A DNA stretch of 64,000 bases from NCBI GenBank assembly GCA_041389805.1, contig JAWKRD010000035.1, positions 18,389 to 82,388 on the forward strand. Direction: 5' to 3'. A program made the translations under genes and the position numbers. The notes under the pieces are model-generated. The model was given only the letters and a program-made list of their open reading frames with translations, did no database searches and was not told the DNA's origin. Shown one piece after another: positions 18,102 to 26,545 of the stretch. The stretch comes from Polyangiaceae bacterium. Lineage in GTDB: Bacteria; Myxococcota_A; Polyangia; Polyangiales; Polyangiaceae. The stretch's first letter is position 1. Each line of letters begins with the position of its first letter.

Positions 18102-18611
18102 CTAGAAGTCACCATCCTTCACGTAGGGCTGACTCCAGAGAGTTAGCTGGAGCAGGCAAGCCTTGAGCCAAGCCTGGTACATGCGCTCGACGTCCTCTGG
18201 CGAGTGACCGCCCTTGGATAGGAACGGCCGCAGCGTGAACGTCACCGGGAAGATCAAGGCGAACAGATCGCGGAAGGGCACGATCGCCGTGGAGTCGGCG
18301 CCATCGGTCCGATTCTTCTTGGCGCGGTGGTGTCGCAACCCGATCTCGTGCTGGTAGTCGAGCCACGCTTGGTCGTAGCGGGCTTGAGCCGTGTCCAGGA
18401 TCCAGCGCCCAAAACGTTTCCTCACGGCTTCAAGATAGCCGGGCAAGGGCTGGCCATCCTTGGGGTTGGAGAAGGAAGCCAGCAGGTGAGGTTGGCTCCC
18501 GACGAAGCCATACCAGACATCCAGGATGTCTTCGACGTAGTCCTTCACCACGTCATGGGAGATGTGCAGGTAGCGCACGTCTTCTGAGTCAAACAGAACA
18601 CTCTGTTGCAT
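18102..18611 (-). CDS. Single-domain protoglobin (globin-coupled-sensor-type globin without an output domain)
   Basis: Similarity to the archaeal protoglobin family, as I recall it, runs nearly the full length: ILDVWYGFVGSQPHLL, YLEAVRKRFGRWILDT, YDQAWLDYQHEIGLRHH, MYQAWLKA, PYVKDGDF at the C-terminus. Confidence 0.88.
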   Translation of the reverse strand: MQQSVLFDSEDVRYLHISHDVVKDYVEDILDVWYGFVGSQPHLLASFSNPKDGQPLPGYLEAVRKRFGRWILDTAQARYDQAWLDYQHEIGLRHHRAKKNRTDGADSTAIVPFRDLFALIFPVTFTLRPFLSKGGHSPEDVERMYQAWLKACLLQLTLWSQPYVKDGDF

Positions 18612-18825
18612 GCGCTGAAAGTCGGCCAGCGTGATCGGAGAGCGCGCGAGTGCGCTACTCCCGTGGGTGTAACCAGGATCGAGGTCATTTGCTAGTCACT
18701 CCCGCGGGGCATAGCTCCGCTGTGCAGTCGACCGAGACGGTCTCGGACGCTGTGAGTCAGCTCACGCCAAAAGGTGCTGCGCCGGGCCCGTGTATATCTA
18801 TATGGAAATATATTTCAGCGCGGAT

Positions 18826-19488
18826 CTACGCGCCGGCGCGGAAGCGCTCCCAGGCGGCTTCACGTTGCACTGGCTCGGCTCGTTCATGCTCTGGGCAATC
18901 GAGGCGCAGTTGAGCCGCGGCAAGTGGTGCGTCCTCCTGGGCGCAATGATGCGGCGCCGATCCCTTGCGAACGTGAGGCCGAAAGTGGGTGCAGGTCACG
19001 CACATACCGCTGAGCGGCACCTGGCCACGCTCTTGCAAACTCCGAATCATCTTCACCACGCCGGCGAAGAAGGCTTGCTGTTCGTCACCGTTGAGCTCCC
19101 CCACCGCCTCCGCCAGGAACTCGGGCCAGCCGCGCGCGGTCGTTCCGAGCAGAGTGCCGCGCCTCGTCGGTTCGAGTAAGCTCGCCCGAGGATGCCGGGG
19201 ATCCGGCTTCTTCAGTACGAGCTGCTTGCCGACCAAGACTTTCACGGACTCGCTGATGGTGGGCAGCGTCACACCCAACCGCCGGCTCAACTCCGAGCCA
19301 GTCAGTGGCCCTTCTCCCACCAGCGCGGCCAGGATCTGCCCTTGCGTGGCGGATAGCCCAGCTTGATTGGCCTGCTGCCAGTCCTGCTGTTTCATCGCTA
19401 GGCCGATCTTGTGCAAGCCCGTAGCGATGCGAGCCTCGATGGGCTCGGAGTGCTCTTCGAAGTACGGCAGGCTGCGCTTCGATCTCAT
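18826..19488 (-). CDS. MarR-family transcriptional regulator with a Cys/His-rich C-terminal extension
   Basis: The winged-helix core (LSATQGQILAALVGEGPLTGSELSRRLGVTLPTISESVKVLVGKQLV) is followed by GMCVTCTHF...HHCAQ...LDCPEHE. Confidence 0.8.
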   Translation of the reverse strand: MRSKRSLPYFEEHSEPIEARIATGLHKIGLAMKQQDWQQANQAGLSATQGQILAALVGEGPLTGSELSRRLGVTLPTISESVKVLVGKQLVLKKPDPRHPRASLLEPTRRGTLLGTTARGWPEFLAEAVGELNGDEQQAFFAGVVKMIRSLQERGQVPLSGMCVTCTHFRPHVRKGSAPHHCAQEDAPLAAAQLRLDCPEHERAEPVQREAAWERFRAGA

Positions 19489-19489
19489 A

Positions 19490-19516
19490 TTCGGAGTCCT
19501 AACTTAGGACTCCGAA
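19490..19516. promoter_or_regulatory. Perfect 13-bp inverted repeat with a 1-nt spacer (TTCGGAGTCCTAA-C-TTAGGACTCCGAA), 2 nt upstream of the MarR start codon
   Basis: Read directly from the sequence, and unusually AT-rich for this genome. It could be a MarR-type operator or the terminator of the upstream lipoprotein gene (stop at 19549). Confidence 0.5.
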
Positions 19517-19548
19517 GTTGTCAAGCAGCGCCGCGAGCGAGGCAACGC

Positions 19549-20739
19549 TCAGTTGAGCTCCGGAGCGACCCGCCCGAGCAAACCGGGCCAATCCAGGGGA
19601 GCGGTCGCTTGATCAGTGCTCCTCAGCACGCCGCGCGCGCCGAATAGCCAAACATCGTCGTCATCGACCACTTCGACGCGCTCCCAGCCACTCGGCTCTT
19701 CCCCTTCAGGCAAGCGCGCATGCATCCAGTTGCCACTCGCTGGCTTGAGATACACCCCGCCGTCTGAAATCGCCCACAGCGTGCCGTCCGGCTGCGCGTC
19801 CAGGGACGTGATCGCGGGGAAACGTAAGTCAACCTGGCTCACCTGGTGCCCATCGACGCGCAGCAGCTCGAGGCGCTTGGCGCGTTCCACCAGCGCGAAC
19901 ACCTCGGTCGCGCTCACTGCGACGATCTGACTTATCCGGGTGTCGGACCCCAGATCGATCACCTGATCCCCGGGGTAACGGTGAATGCGCGAGCTGCTAT
20001 CACCGACGTAGTACAGCGCCCCATCCGCGGTGGTGTCGACGAGCAACGGTGAGCGTTCGCCTTCGTCGACAGCGATCTTCGGCTGCCCACGCACATCGAT
20101 GAAGATCCACGGTCCGTCCGTCGTGGGTTGGTCCTCGATCACGAACAACGGGTGACCTTTCCAGGCCCCCACCGCCTCCACGCTCCCCAGTCCGCCAAGA
20201 CTGGCACCACGCAGCGCGCCACTCTTGTAAGCAGAGAAGCTCGGCGGCCCCGGGTTGGCGCCTTGCACCGAGACGTAAGTCTCCCCGGGCCAACGCCCCG
20301 ATACAAACCACAGCGAGCCGCTCGTTTGCCGGATCGCACCGCGTATCACCTTCGATAGCCCAAGCTCCGGAACCAACCTCTGGCCGTCGACACGCACCAC
20401 GACGCCATTGCGATCGTAGATGAAGTGCGTCGGCCCAACCTGGGAACGCAGGTCACCGCCGGAGATCACGAGCTTGAAGCGGCTCGGCCCTGGCTGCAGC
20501 GGTAACAGCGGCTTGACCTGAGGTGCCGCCCCGCCGCTCGTGGCCGGAGGCGCAGGAGAGCTGCTGGGCTCGCTGATTTCGGGGGTGAGGGGCGCGCCGG
20601 GCGTCGCTGAAGGCGCCGCGTACACCGGCGGCGGCTCATCCGTCTGTTTCCGCACAGAACCACACGCGGCCATCAAGAGCCCAAGTCCAAGGCCCAAACG
20701 CCCAAGCACGCTCGACTCGAGCGGACGACGACCTGCCAT
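19549..20739 (-). CDS. Lipoprotein, possibly a beta-propeller-like repeat protein
   Basis: ATG at 20739. Signal peptide with lipobox LLMAAC, a Pro-rich linker, then a beta-rich region. No family recognised. Confidence 0.55.
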   Translation of the reverse strand: MAGRRPLESSVLGRLGLGLGLLMAACGSVRKQTDEPPPVYAAPSATPGAPLTPEISEPSSSPAPPATSGGAAPQVKPLLPLQPGPSRFKLVISGGDLRSQVGPTHFIYDRNGVVVRVDGQRLVPELGLSKVIRGAIRQTSGSLWFVSGRWPGETYVSVQGANPGPPSFSAYKSGALRGASLGGLGSVEAVGAWKGHPLFVIEDQPTTDGPWIFIDVRGQPKIAVDEGERSPLLVDTTADGALYYVGDSSSRIHRYPGDQVIDLGSDTRISQIVAVSATEVFALVERAKRLELLRVDGHQVSQVDLRFPAITSLDAQPDGTLWAISDGGVYLKPASGNWMHARLPEGEEPSGWERVEVVDDDDVWLFGARGVLRSTDQATAPLDWPGLLGRVAPELN

Positions 20740-20877
20740 GACGTGAGAGCTTCTCACGAATCGGTCCCCAGTCCTAAGCCCCGAATCGACCAAACGTCTG
20801 AAGACTCGCGTCTGATTAACGCAGAGGAAGTGGCGGCTATTCGTAGCCGTAACTCTGCACAGCTCAGGAGACTTGCT

Positions 20878-21573
20878 TTGACTACCCTCACCCCCAAGAA
20901 ACTCGTCCCCTTCGTTCTATTGGTCCTTGGCGCTTGCACGCCCTTGCGCATGGCAGCCCCGTCTGACCTCGGCCAAGACGTCGAAGTCCTCGAGACCAGT
21001 GGCCGAAGCAGCGCCCGGGGCTCCCTCGTCGACGAGAGTTTCAAGCTCGGGCCCTACGCCGTCAGCTCCGTGGACCGCGACTGGACGACGAGCCAGAGCT
21101 TTTCCTCAGGGAATCTATCCCACGAGAACCTGCGAGCCGGCTACACCTACAAGTTCGGGGGCGGGGATTCCCCAGCCTACGAGGGGCTGTGCGCTTACCG
21201 TCAAAACAAGGGTGAGGCGGACCTGGGTTCATTGAGCATCACTTCTCGGCACGGTGTGTTGACCTGCCGTTGCCAGGCGCCGAGCGGTGAGTTCATCAAC
21301 GCGCGGGTCCAAGGCGACGGGGGCAAGGCAGTGGGTAACGTGTCCTTTGGGGACGAGACGCTGGTCATCACCTCGGTGCACGACGCTCAAGGTGGCGCTC
21401 GAGTGAGCGACGCGATCGGCTATCGCATTGAAGGCGAGTCCGGGCTTGCCGCGGCCGAGGCGGTGGCACCAGGTCGGGTCTGGCTGCGGCGCGACCTGCG
21501 CAAAGACGAGCGGGCGGCGTTCAGCTGCCTGTTCAGCGGAATGATGTTATTCGACCCGCCGGACAATCACTGA
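20878..21573 (+). CDS. Lipoprotein (hypothetical)
   Basis: An in-frame TTG at 20878 gives TTLTPKKLVPFVLLVLGAC (lipobox). The track ORF starts earlier, at 20743. Confidence 0.5.
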   Translation: MTTLTPKKLVPFVLLVLGACTPLRMAAPSDLGQDVEVLETSGRSSARGSLVDESFKLGPYAVSSVDRDWTTSQSFSSGNLSHENLRAGYTYKFGGGDSPAYEGLCAYRQNKGEADLGSLSITSRHGVLTCRCQAPSGEFINARVQGDGGKAVGNVSFGDETLVITSVHDAQGGARVSDAIGYRIEGESGLAAAEAVAPGRVWLRRDLRKDERAAFSCLFSGMMLFDPPDNH

Positions 21574-21599
21574 GCTCGCGCGTGAGCTATCTTCCCCCC

Positions 21600-22217
21600 A
21601 TGAGAGTGAGCTGGCTATTAGCAGCGTGCCTGTTGTTTGGATGCTCGGGTAACGCGACGGGCGGCGGGGACGAGAGCGGCGGCGCTGGCGGAGGGGGCGG
21701 CAGCAGTGGGGGCGCGACTTCCGGCAACGGCGATACGCCGATGTGTGGTGAAGCCTGTACAGATCCCCACGGATGTTACCCATGTGCCGAGGGGAGCAAG
21801 CGCACGGTGCTTGATGCCTTCCAGTACTGCATTGGTGGCTGCTGGGCCGCGCAGCCTCCACAAGACCCGGGCTGCAGCATGTACGGCCGTGTGTTTCCCC
21901 TCGGGACGACACACTTCGACGCCTACGACTGCAACGAGTGCGAGTGCGTTGGGACCCCCATCGGGACGAGCTGGGGCTGCACTCTGAAAGCTTGTGGTGG
22001 GTGCAAAGAGTTGAGCGGCGTCAGCTACGTGGCGAAGAGTCCGCAGGAATGCGCTGTCATCGATTACGCGTGCCCCGCCAACACCGAGGGCTGGGGCGAC
22101 GACTGCGGGTGCGGCTGCCGCCAGAACCCCGACTGCGCCGAGACGTATGACTGCAGGAACGGCTGCGAGCGCGAAGTGATCGAGACGTGGTGCCCGTTCT
22201 CAGCAATCGTGGACTAG
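21600..22217 (+). CDS. Cys-rich secreted lipoprotein
   Basis: MRVSWLLAACLLFGC lipobox, a Gly-rich linker, then about 30 Cys in the mature part. Confidence 0.6.
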   Translation: MRVSWLLAACLLFGCSGNATGGGDESGGAGGGGGSSGGATSGNGDTPMCGEACTDPHGCYPCAEGSKRTVLDAFQYCIGGCWAAQPPQDPGCSMYGRVFPLGTTHFDAYDCNECECVGTPIGTSWGCTLKACGGCKELSGVSYVAKSPQECAVIDYACPANTEGWGDDCGCGCRQNPDCAETYDCRNGCEREVIETWCPFSAIVD

Positions 22218-22261
22218 GGAGAGGTCGACCCGGCCGAACTGCCGTATTGTGGTGTTCCGCC

Positions 22262-22669
22262 ATGCGCTTTCTCCGTCTCGCCAAACTGGGCTTGGTGCTG
22301 GGCGTCGCCTACACGCTCTTGGCAGCGCTGATCAGCGTCTACACCGTCCCGGCCCAGCTGTTCCGCGTGAGCCTCGCCCTGTGGCTCAGCATCTTCGCGC
22401 TAGGGACCTGGCGCTTCGTGGCGCTGGGCTACGCCGCACGGAAACGCCTGGTTCCGCACAGCAGTCGCCTGGAGTTCGTGGATGGGGCGCTGTTCAACCT
22501 GATCGGCGTCGTCGGCGCGGGTCCGTTCGGTGCTGCGCTGGTCCTCGGCAGCGTCAACCAGCCGCCAGGCACGCTGTGGAAGGGCCTGTTGTTCGGCTCT
22601 CTGGGTGTGATCGGAGCGGTCTTGAGCTACGTCGACCTGCAGCGCACGCTCGGCGCCAGAGACGACTGA
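22262..22669 (+). CDS. Small integral membrane protein (4 predicted transmembrane segments)
   Basis: ATG at 22262 (MRFLRLAKLGLVLGVAYTLLAALISVY...). Hydrophobic segments are evident by eye. Confidence 0.55.
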   Translation: MRFLRLAKLGLVLGVAYTLLAALISVYTVPAQLFRVSLALWLSIFALGTWRFVALGYAARKRLVPHSSRLEFVDGALFNLIGVVGAGPFGAALVLGSVNQPPGTLWKGLLFGSLGVIGAVLSYVDLQRTLGARDD

Positions 22670-22670
22670 G

Positions 22671-23447
22671 CTACTCTCTCGGCTGCTTGCTCAGCCAGGT
22701 GCAGGCGAACTCGTTACCAAGCTCGCAGCCTCGCGCATAGGCAGCGCGAGCCGCGTCGTCGTCGCCTTCTGCCGTCGCGATCGCTGCTTCAGTGACGATG
22801 GTGTCGATGGATTGGGGGGAGAGAGCGGCGAGCCTGACGTGAAGCTCCTTTGCCCGCTGAATGTCTTTCGCGCGCAGCGCGGCTCCGATGTTGAAGGCGA
22901 GGCAACCGACCTTGACGAATGTTTCCTCGAGGCAACCCTCATACAGTTTAGCCGCGGACTCGAAGTCACCGGTCCGCGTGTAGCGGCGCTCGAGGGTCTC
23001 CTGGCAGCGAACGCGATCCTTGTCGAGCTTCAGGCAACGCTTCGCGAGCGCCTCGGCGTCTGCATAGTCTTCGTCGTGGAGTCGCAGCTCGCCGAGTTCC
23101 ATCAGTGCGTCCACGTTGCTCGGGTTGGCCTCGAGGGCGTCTTCGTACAGCTCGAGCTGCTTTATCCCTTCCGCTTCTCGAGCCTCCTTCAGCAGCCGAT
23201 TGGACTCGAGGCGCTGCGCCAGCGTCGCCGCCCTAGCGTCTTGCTCTGCAGCACTCGAAGCAGCGTTCGGTGACTGCACCCTTGCCGGGGGCAGCGCCTG
23301 CTCCGGCGGCGAGGTCGAGTGCTCAATCCTGGACGATGAAGACGGCGCCGTCACGGTGGGCTTGTCTGGTTCCCTCGGCCAGTAGATCCACGCGGCGTAT
23401 ACACCGCCAACCAGGACGCCGCTCATAAGCACCCAGCGCAGCTTCAT
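22671..23447 (-). CDS. Membrane-anchored TPR/Sel1-like repeat protein
   Basis: ATG at 23447 (MKLRWVLMSGVLVGGVYAAWIYW), followed by helical repeats containing Cys pairs. The start overlaps the upstream stop as ATGA. Confidence 0.6.
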   Translation of the reverse strand: MKLRWVLMSGVLVGGVYAAWIYWPREPDKPTVTAPSSSSRIEHSTSPPEQALPPARVQSPNAASSAAEQDARAATLAQRLESNRLLKEAREAEGIKQLELYEDALEANPSNVDALMELGELRLHDEDYADAEALAKRCLKLDKDRVRCQETLERRYTRTGDFESAAKLYEGCLEETFVKVGCLAFNIGAALRAKDIQRAKELHVRLAALSPQSIDTIVTEAAIATAEGDDDAARAAYARGCELGNEFACTWLSKQPRE

Positions 23448-23809
23448 CGCGCAACCTTCTGCAGCGTCTCCCAGGTGCGTGTCGTGAGGTCCTTGCCAAA
23501 GGTCTTCTCGATGAATGGCATGAACGCGGTGTTGGCGCCTTCCACGTAGCTCGACAGCACCTCCAGCCCCTTTCGCTCCAGGATACGCACGCCCTTGTGT
23601 TGGAGCGGAAGCTCGATACGTTTCCTTGGGGCAACTCTCAGAAACGTGACGGTGCACCTCTCCCCCCGATCGAGATCCCAGGCAGCGAATGGATCCGCCC
23701 GCAGCAGGCGCTGGAGCGCGCTCATGGGCCGCACGTTCATCGGGCTCACGCCTCGCAGGAACGCCCCATAGCGTCGTTCGCTTCCCGCCTGCTTGGAACC
23801 CGTACCCAT
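23444..23809 (-). CDS. DUF1697-like protein, shorter than is typical for the family
   Basis: The N-terminal YGAFLRGVSPMNVRPMSALQRLL and C-terminal TVTFL...GKDLTTRTWETLQKV resemble the two ends of DUF1697 proteins (LLRGINVGG..., T.RNWNTV). The middle ~60 aa appear to be absent. Confidence 0.4.
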   Translation of the reverse strand: MGTGSKQAGSERRYGAFLRGVSPMNVRPMSALQRLLRADPFAAWDLDRGERCTVTFLRVAPRKRIELPLQHKGVRILERKGLEVLSSYVEGANTAFMPFIEKTFGKDLTTRTWETLQKVAR

Positions 23810-23869
23810 CAGAGGCCGGCAGCCTAGCGCAAGGCGCCTCTCGGCGACGAGAGGCGCCGGTTCGAAGCG

Positions 23870-24337
23870 TCAATCCCAGTCGATGCTGATCAGCACGTCG
23901 CTGGGGAACGGCGCGCCTTTGCCGGACTCGTGCATTTGCTTGAGGCTCATCAGGAAGGTTCCCCACTTCATGCTGCAGTGCCCCATGAAGTCGACCTGTT
24001 CGCGCCAGCCTGCGTGCTTGAAACGAATCGTGGTGCCCTTGCCCTCGGGCGCGAGATCCCAAATCACTTTCGTACCGACCCAGTCTTCCGGGCCTTCAAT
24101 GACCTCCCACACGACGCGCGTCTCGGGCGTCGATTCGAGCACCTTCATCTTGAAGCCACCGCGGTCACCAAAGCGAAAGTGGATCACGCCGCCGGCCTCA
24201 GCGTCCCCGGTCGTGTCGCTCGTCCACCAGGTGCTCAGGCGCTGGCAGTCGGCGAGAGAGTCATAAACAGCGCGAGGCGAAGCCTGCACACCCAGGCGAT
24301 GCATGATGTCGAACATTCTCGAGTTCTCCTGTTTCAA
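23870..24337 (-). CDS. SRPBCC/AHSA1-family protein
   Basis: LGVQASPRAVYDSLADCQRLSTWW...VVWEVIEGPEDWVGTKVIWDL...GTTIRFKHAGW is the typical Aha1/START-like pattern. Confidence 0.75.
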   Translation of the reverse strand: MKQENSRMFDIMHRLGVQASPRAVYDSLADCQRLSTWWTSDTTGDAEAGGVIHFRFGDRGGFKMKVLESTPETRVVWEVIEGPEDWVGTKVIWDLAPEGKGTTIRFKHAGWREQVDFMGHCSMKWGTFLMSLKQMHESGKGAPFPSDVLISIDWD

Positions 24338-24675
24338 GTTGCCGCCGGCGTCAGCACCGGCACGCCACTCAGCATGGCGAGCGAGGCGCCGCGGTGTGAG
24401 TTACAACTGTGTCGGGATTCCGGCGCCATTCGGCACTCCCCGCCAAACACCGAGTTTGTCCGCGTGTTCTTGCTGTCTCCGGGTTTGGGGGTGAGGGTCG
24501 CGCTGGGTCTCACGAGGCGCGACGTCCGCACGGTCACCCCTCCCAGCGACCGCACGGTCGTTGCCGCGTGGCAATAATTCCATGCGAGATAAGGTTCCGC
24601 TCGCCAAGGAAGCGTCAGCGAGTACATTCGAGTCAGTCGCATGGTCTTTCGAACTCGCTTCATCATCAAGATCAC

Positions 24676-25305
24676 GTGACCTCTCACTCCGCACGTCCTG
24701 CTGTCGCATTTCTAGTGCTCTTCTCCACTGCCTGCGAACCGGAGCCCGGCGTGCGTAGCGCCACTTCGGCTTCTGCGAGCGCGCCCGCATCCAAGGCGAC
24801 GCCCCCGAAGCCGTACTTTGGAGACGATCGCGAGGGCGTCGTGGTGCGCGATTGGCTGAGCTCTCGACGCATCGCGGCCGCCGACATCGCGGGAGATACA
24901 GTGCCCACTGCTTGGCTCTGCCCTAGGACGACTGAGCCGAGCGAAGCGCCCACCTGCTTCGAAGCACAGTTGGGAGCACCCGCACACGACGGCTTGGTGT
25001 GTCGCTATATCCCCAGGGATTCACCCTGGCAGCGAGACTCAATCGTCACCGCCTGGCGAACGGACGGCGGAACCCTGAGACAGGTTCTCAGAGTTCACAC
25101 CTTGTGCCACGCACAGGTCAACGTCTCGAACGCAGAAGACCTGCTCATCGACGTCGACTGCGACCGGGCAAAGATCGCACTTGAGTGGGAGCAGAAGGTC
25201 GCCATCGGAGTCTCAGACAAGGCGTGGTCGGAACACCGGGGCACGATGTCCAATCGGGTTGGCGCTTATCACTGGGATGGGGGTCGCTTTGTCTTCCAGC
25301 AATGA
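24676..25305 (+). CDS. Lipoprotein, copy 1 of a tandem paralogue family
   Basis: GTG at 24676 (VTSHSARPAVAFLVLFSTAC). It shares blocks with the next two ORFs (DWL...I...DI, C.EAQ.G.P.H.GL.C, ...WDG..F). Confidence 0.55.
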   Translation: MTSHSARPAVAFLVLFSTACEPEPGVRSATSASASAPASKATPPKPYFGDDREGVVVRDWLSSRRIAAADIAGDTVPTAWLCPRTTEPSEAPTCFEAQLGAPAHDGLVCRYIPRDSPWQRDSIVTAWRTDGGTLRQVLRVHTLCHAQVNVSNAEDLLIDVDCDRAKIALEWEQKVAIGVSDKAWSEHRGTMSNRVGAYHWDGGRFVFQQ

Positions 25306-26008
25306 ACACTGGGTCCACGTCTCGAGATGTCGCTTGCTCGTCGTGTGCATCACTCTCTACGGCTGCGAGCAGAATGCGACACCAGTACAGGTCTCCAGCG
25401 GCGCCCCTCTGACTAGCGCTGGTGCACCCTCCCCCCCGATCAAGACATGCTTTTGCGAACCGGGGGCCCCCACGGCAAGCAAGGGTCGCGAGTGGACGAC
25501 TCCGGTGTTGATTCCCGACTGGCTCGCCGCTCAGGGGATCCATCCAGGAGACATCAACGCACTCGAGATCCCTGGAAGCTGGATCAGCGGGGAACCGAAA
25601 GCAGGCGATCCGAGCTGCGAAGCGGTGCAGGTCGGATCGCCACCGCATGCGGGTCTACTCTGCGTTCAGCGCTTGGGCGCGGACAACGACCCGCGGTTTC
25701 CAGATGACACACGCTGGGAGCTCTGGCGCGTCGAGCAGGGCAGGCTCAACCGGGTTTGGCAAGGCCGCCAAACTCTCGACGGCCTGTCGCTGACGCTCGA
25801 GTGGGAGACACCCCGGCGCTTCCACATCGGCGGAAGCCCAGCGACGACGTGCCGACAGATCGAGCGAAGGATGCAGCGAAAGTACAGTCAGTACCACAAC
25901 CCAATTCAGCGCGTAGTCCCCTCCCAAGTGCGCCACGCACGCGATGATTTCTGCGATCAATGGGGAGCACACGAGTGGGACGGCCACGGCTTCAAGCACG
26001 AGCCATGA
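25302..26008 (+). CDS. Lipoprotein, copy 2 of the tandem family; the start needs a 1-nt correction or a TTG start
   Basis: The ATG at 25302 (ATGA overlap with the copy 1 stop) gives MNTG. After one extra G in the GGG run at 25311-25313 it continues VHVSRCRLLVVCITLYGC (lipobox). The alternative is a TTG start at 25334. Confidence 0.5.
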
Positions 26009-26255
26009 GGCGCGCTGTGTGTCGACCTCAGTATGAATCCTCTGTGCCGAAGGGGGGAAGCATTGGACTGGCATCGAGTCAATCGACAGCACTCACGTCT
26101 CTGAACTACCAGCCATTGACTACCTCGCAGTCTGGAGAGATGAGGTTCCACACCAAAGGGCTCGATCCGGGCGGCTACATCGCTCGCTGCTACGACGGGG
26201 GGGGCGGCATGTTGGGGCAGGCAATGACTCCGCTGATCGTCAAGAAGGCTGACTG

Positions 26256-26537
26256 ATGCTCGCCAGAACCGCGTGTTCAATCCTGTTCGCCCTCCTCGCG
26301 TTTGGTTGCGATGAGCCCAGTTCGCCCCCCCTGGTGGAAGCGTCCCCAACTGTTAGCCCGAGCACCCGTAGCGTGGCGAGCTCGCGTATCTTCGCCAAGG
26401 ACGATGCAGCGGAGCCTGCAGAAGTCGGGCTCTGGTTGACGGCTCGAGGTATTGACGCCCAGCATGTCCAGGGGGAGGCGGTCCCAACTAGTCCCCGATC
26501 TAGCGCTCGAATCTTCGTCGAGCGGGAATTTGTCTGA
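26256..26537 (+). pseudogene. Copy 3 of the tandem lipoprotein family, truncated after ~80 family-like residues next to the IS element
   Basis: MLARTACSILFALLAFGC lipobox and the family block GLWLTARGIDAQHVQGEAVPT are present. The conserved Cys-containing C-terminal two thirds are missing, and the ORF ends 9 nt before the transposase ORF track begins. Confidence 0.5.
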
Positions 26538-26545
26538 AAAGCCCG

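Noticed and set aside
22671-24062. A 463-aa ORF spanning the TPR gene and the region of the DUF1697-like gene.
   Set aside because: The N-terminal 205 residues are Arg/Gly/Ala-rich and overlap a better ORF in another frame. The ATG at 23447 gives a transmembrane anchor and an ATGA overlap with the upstream stop.
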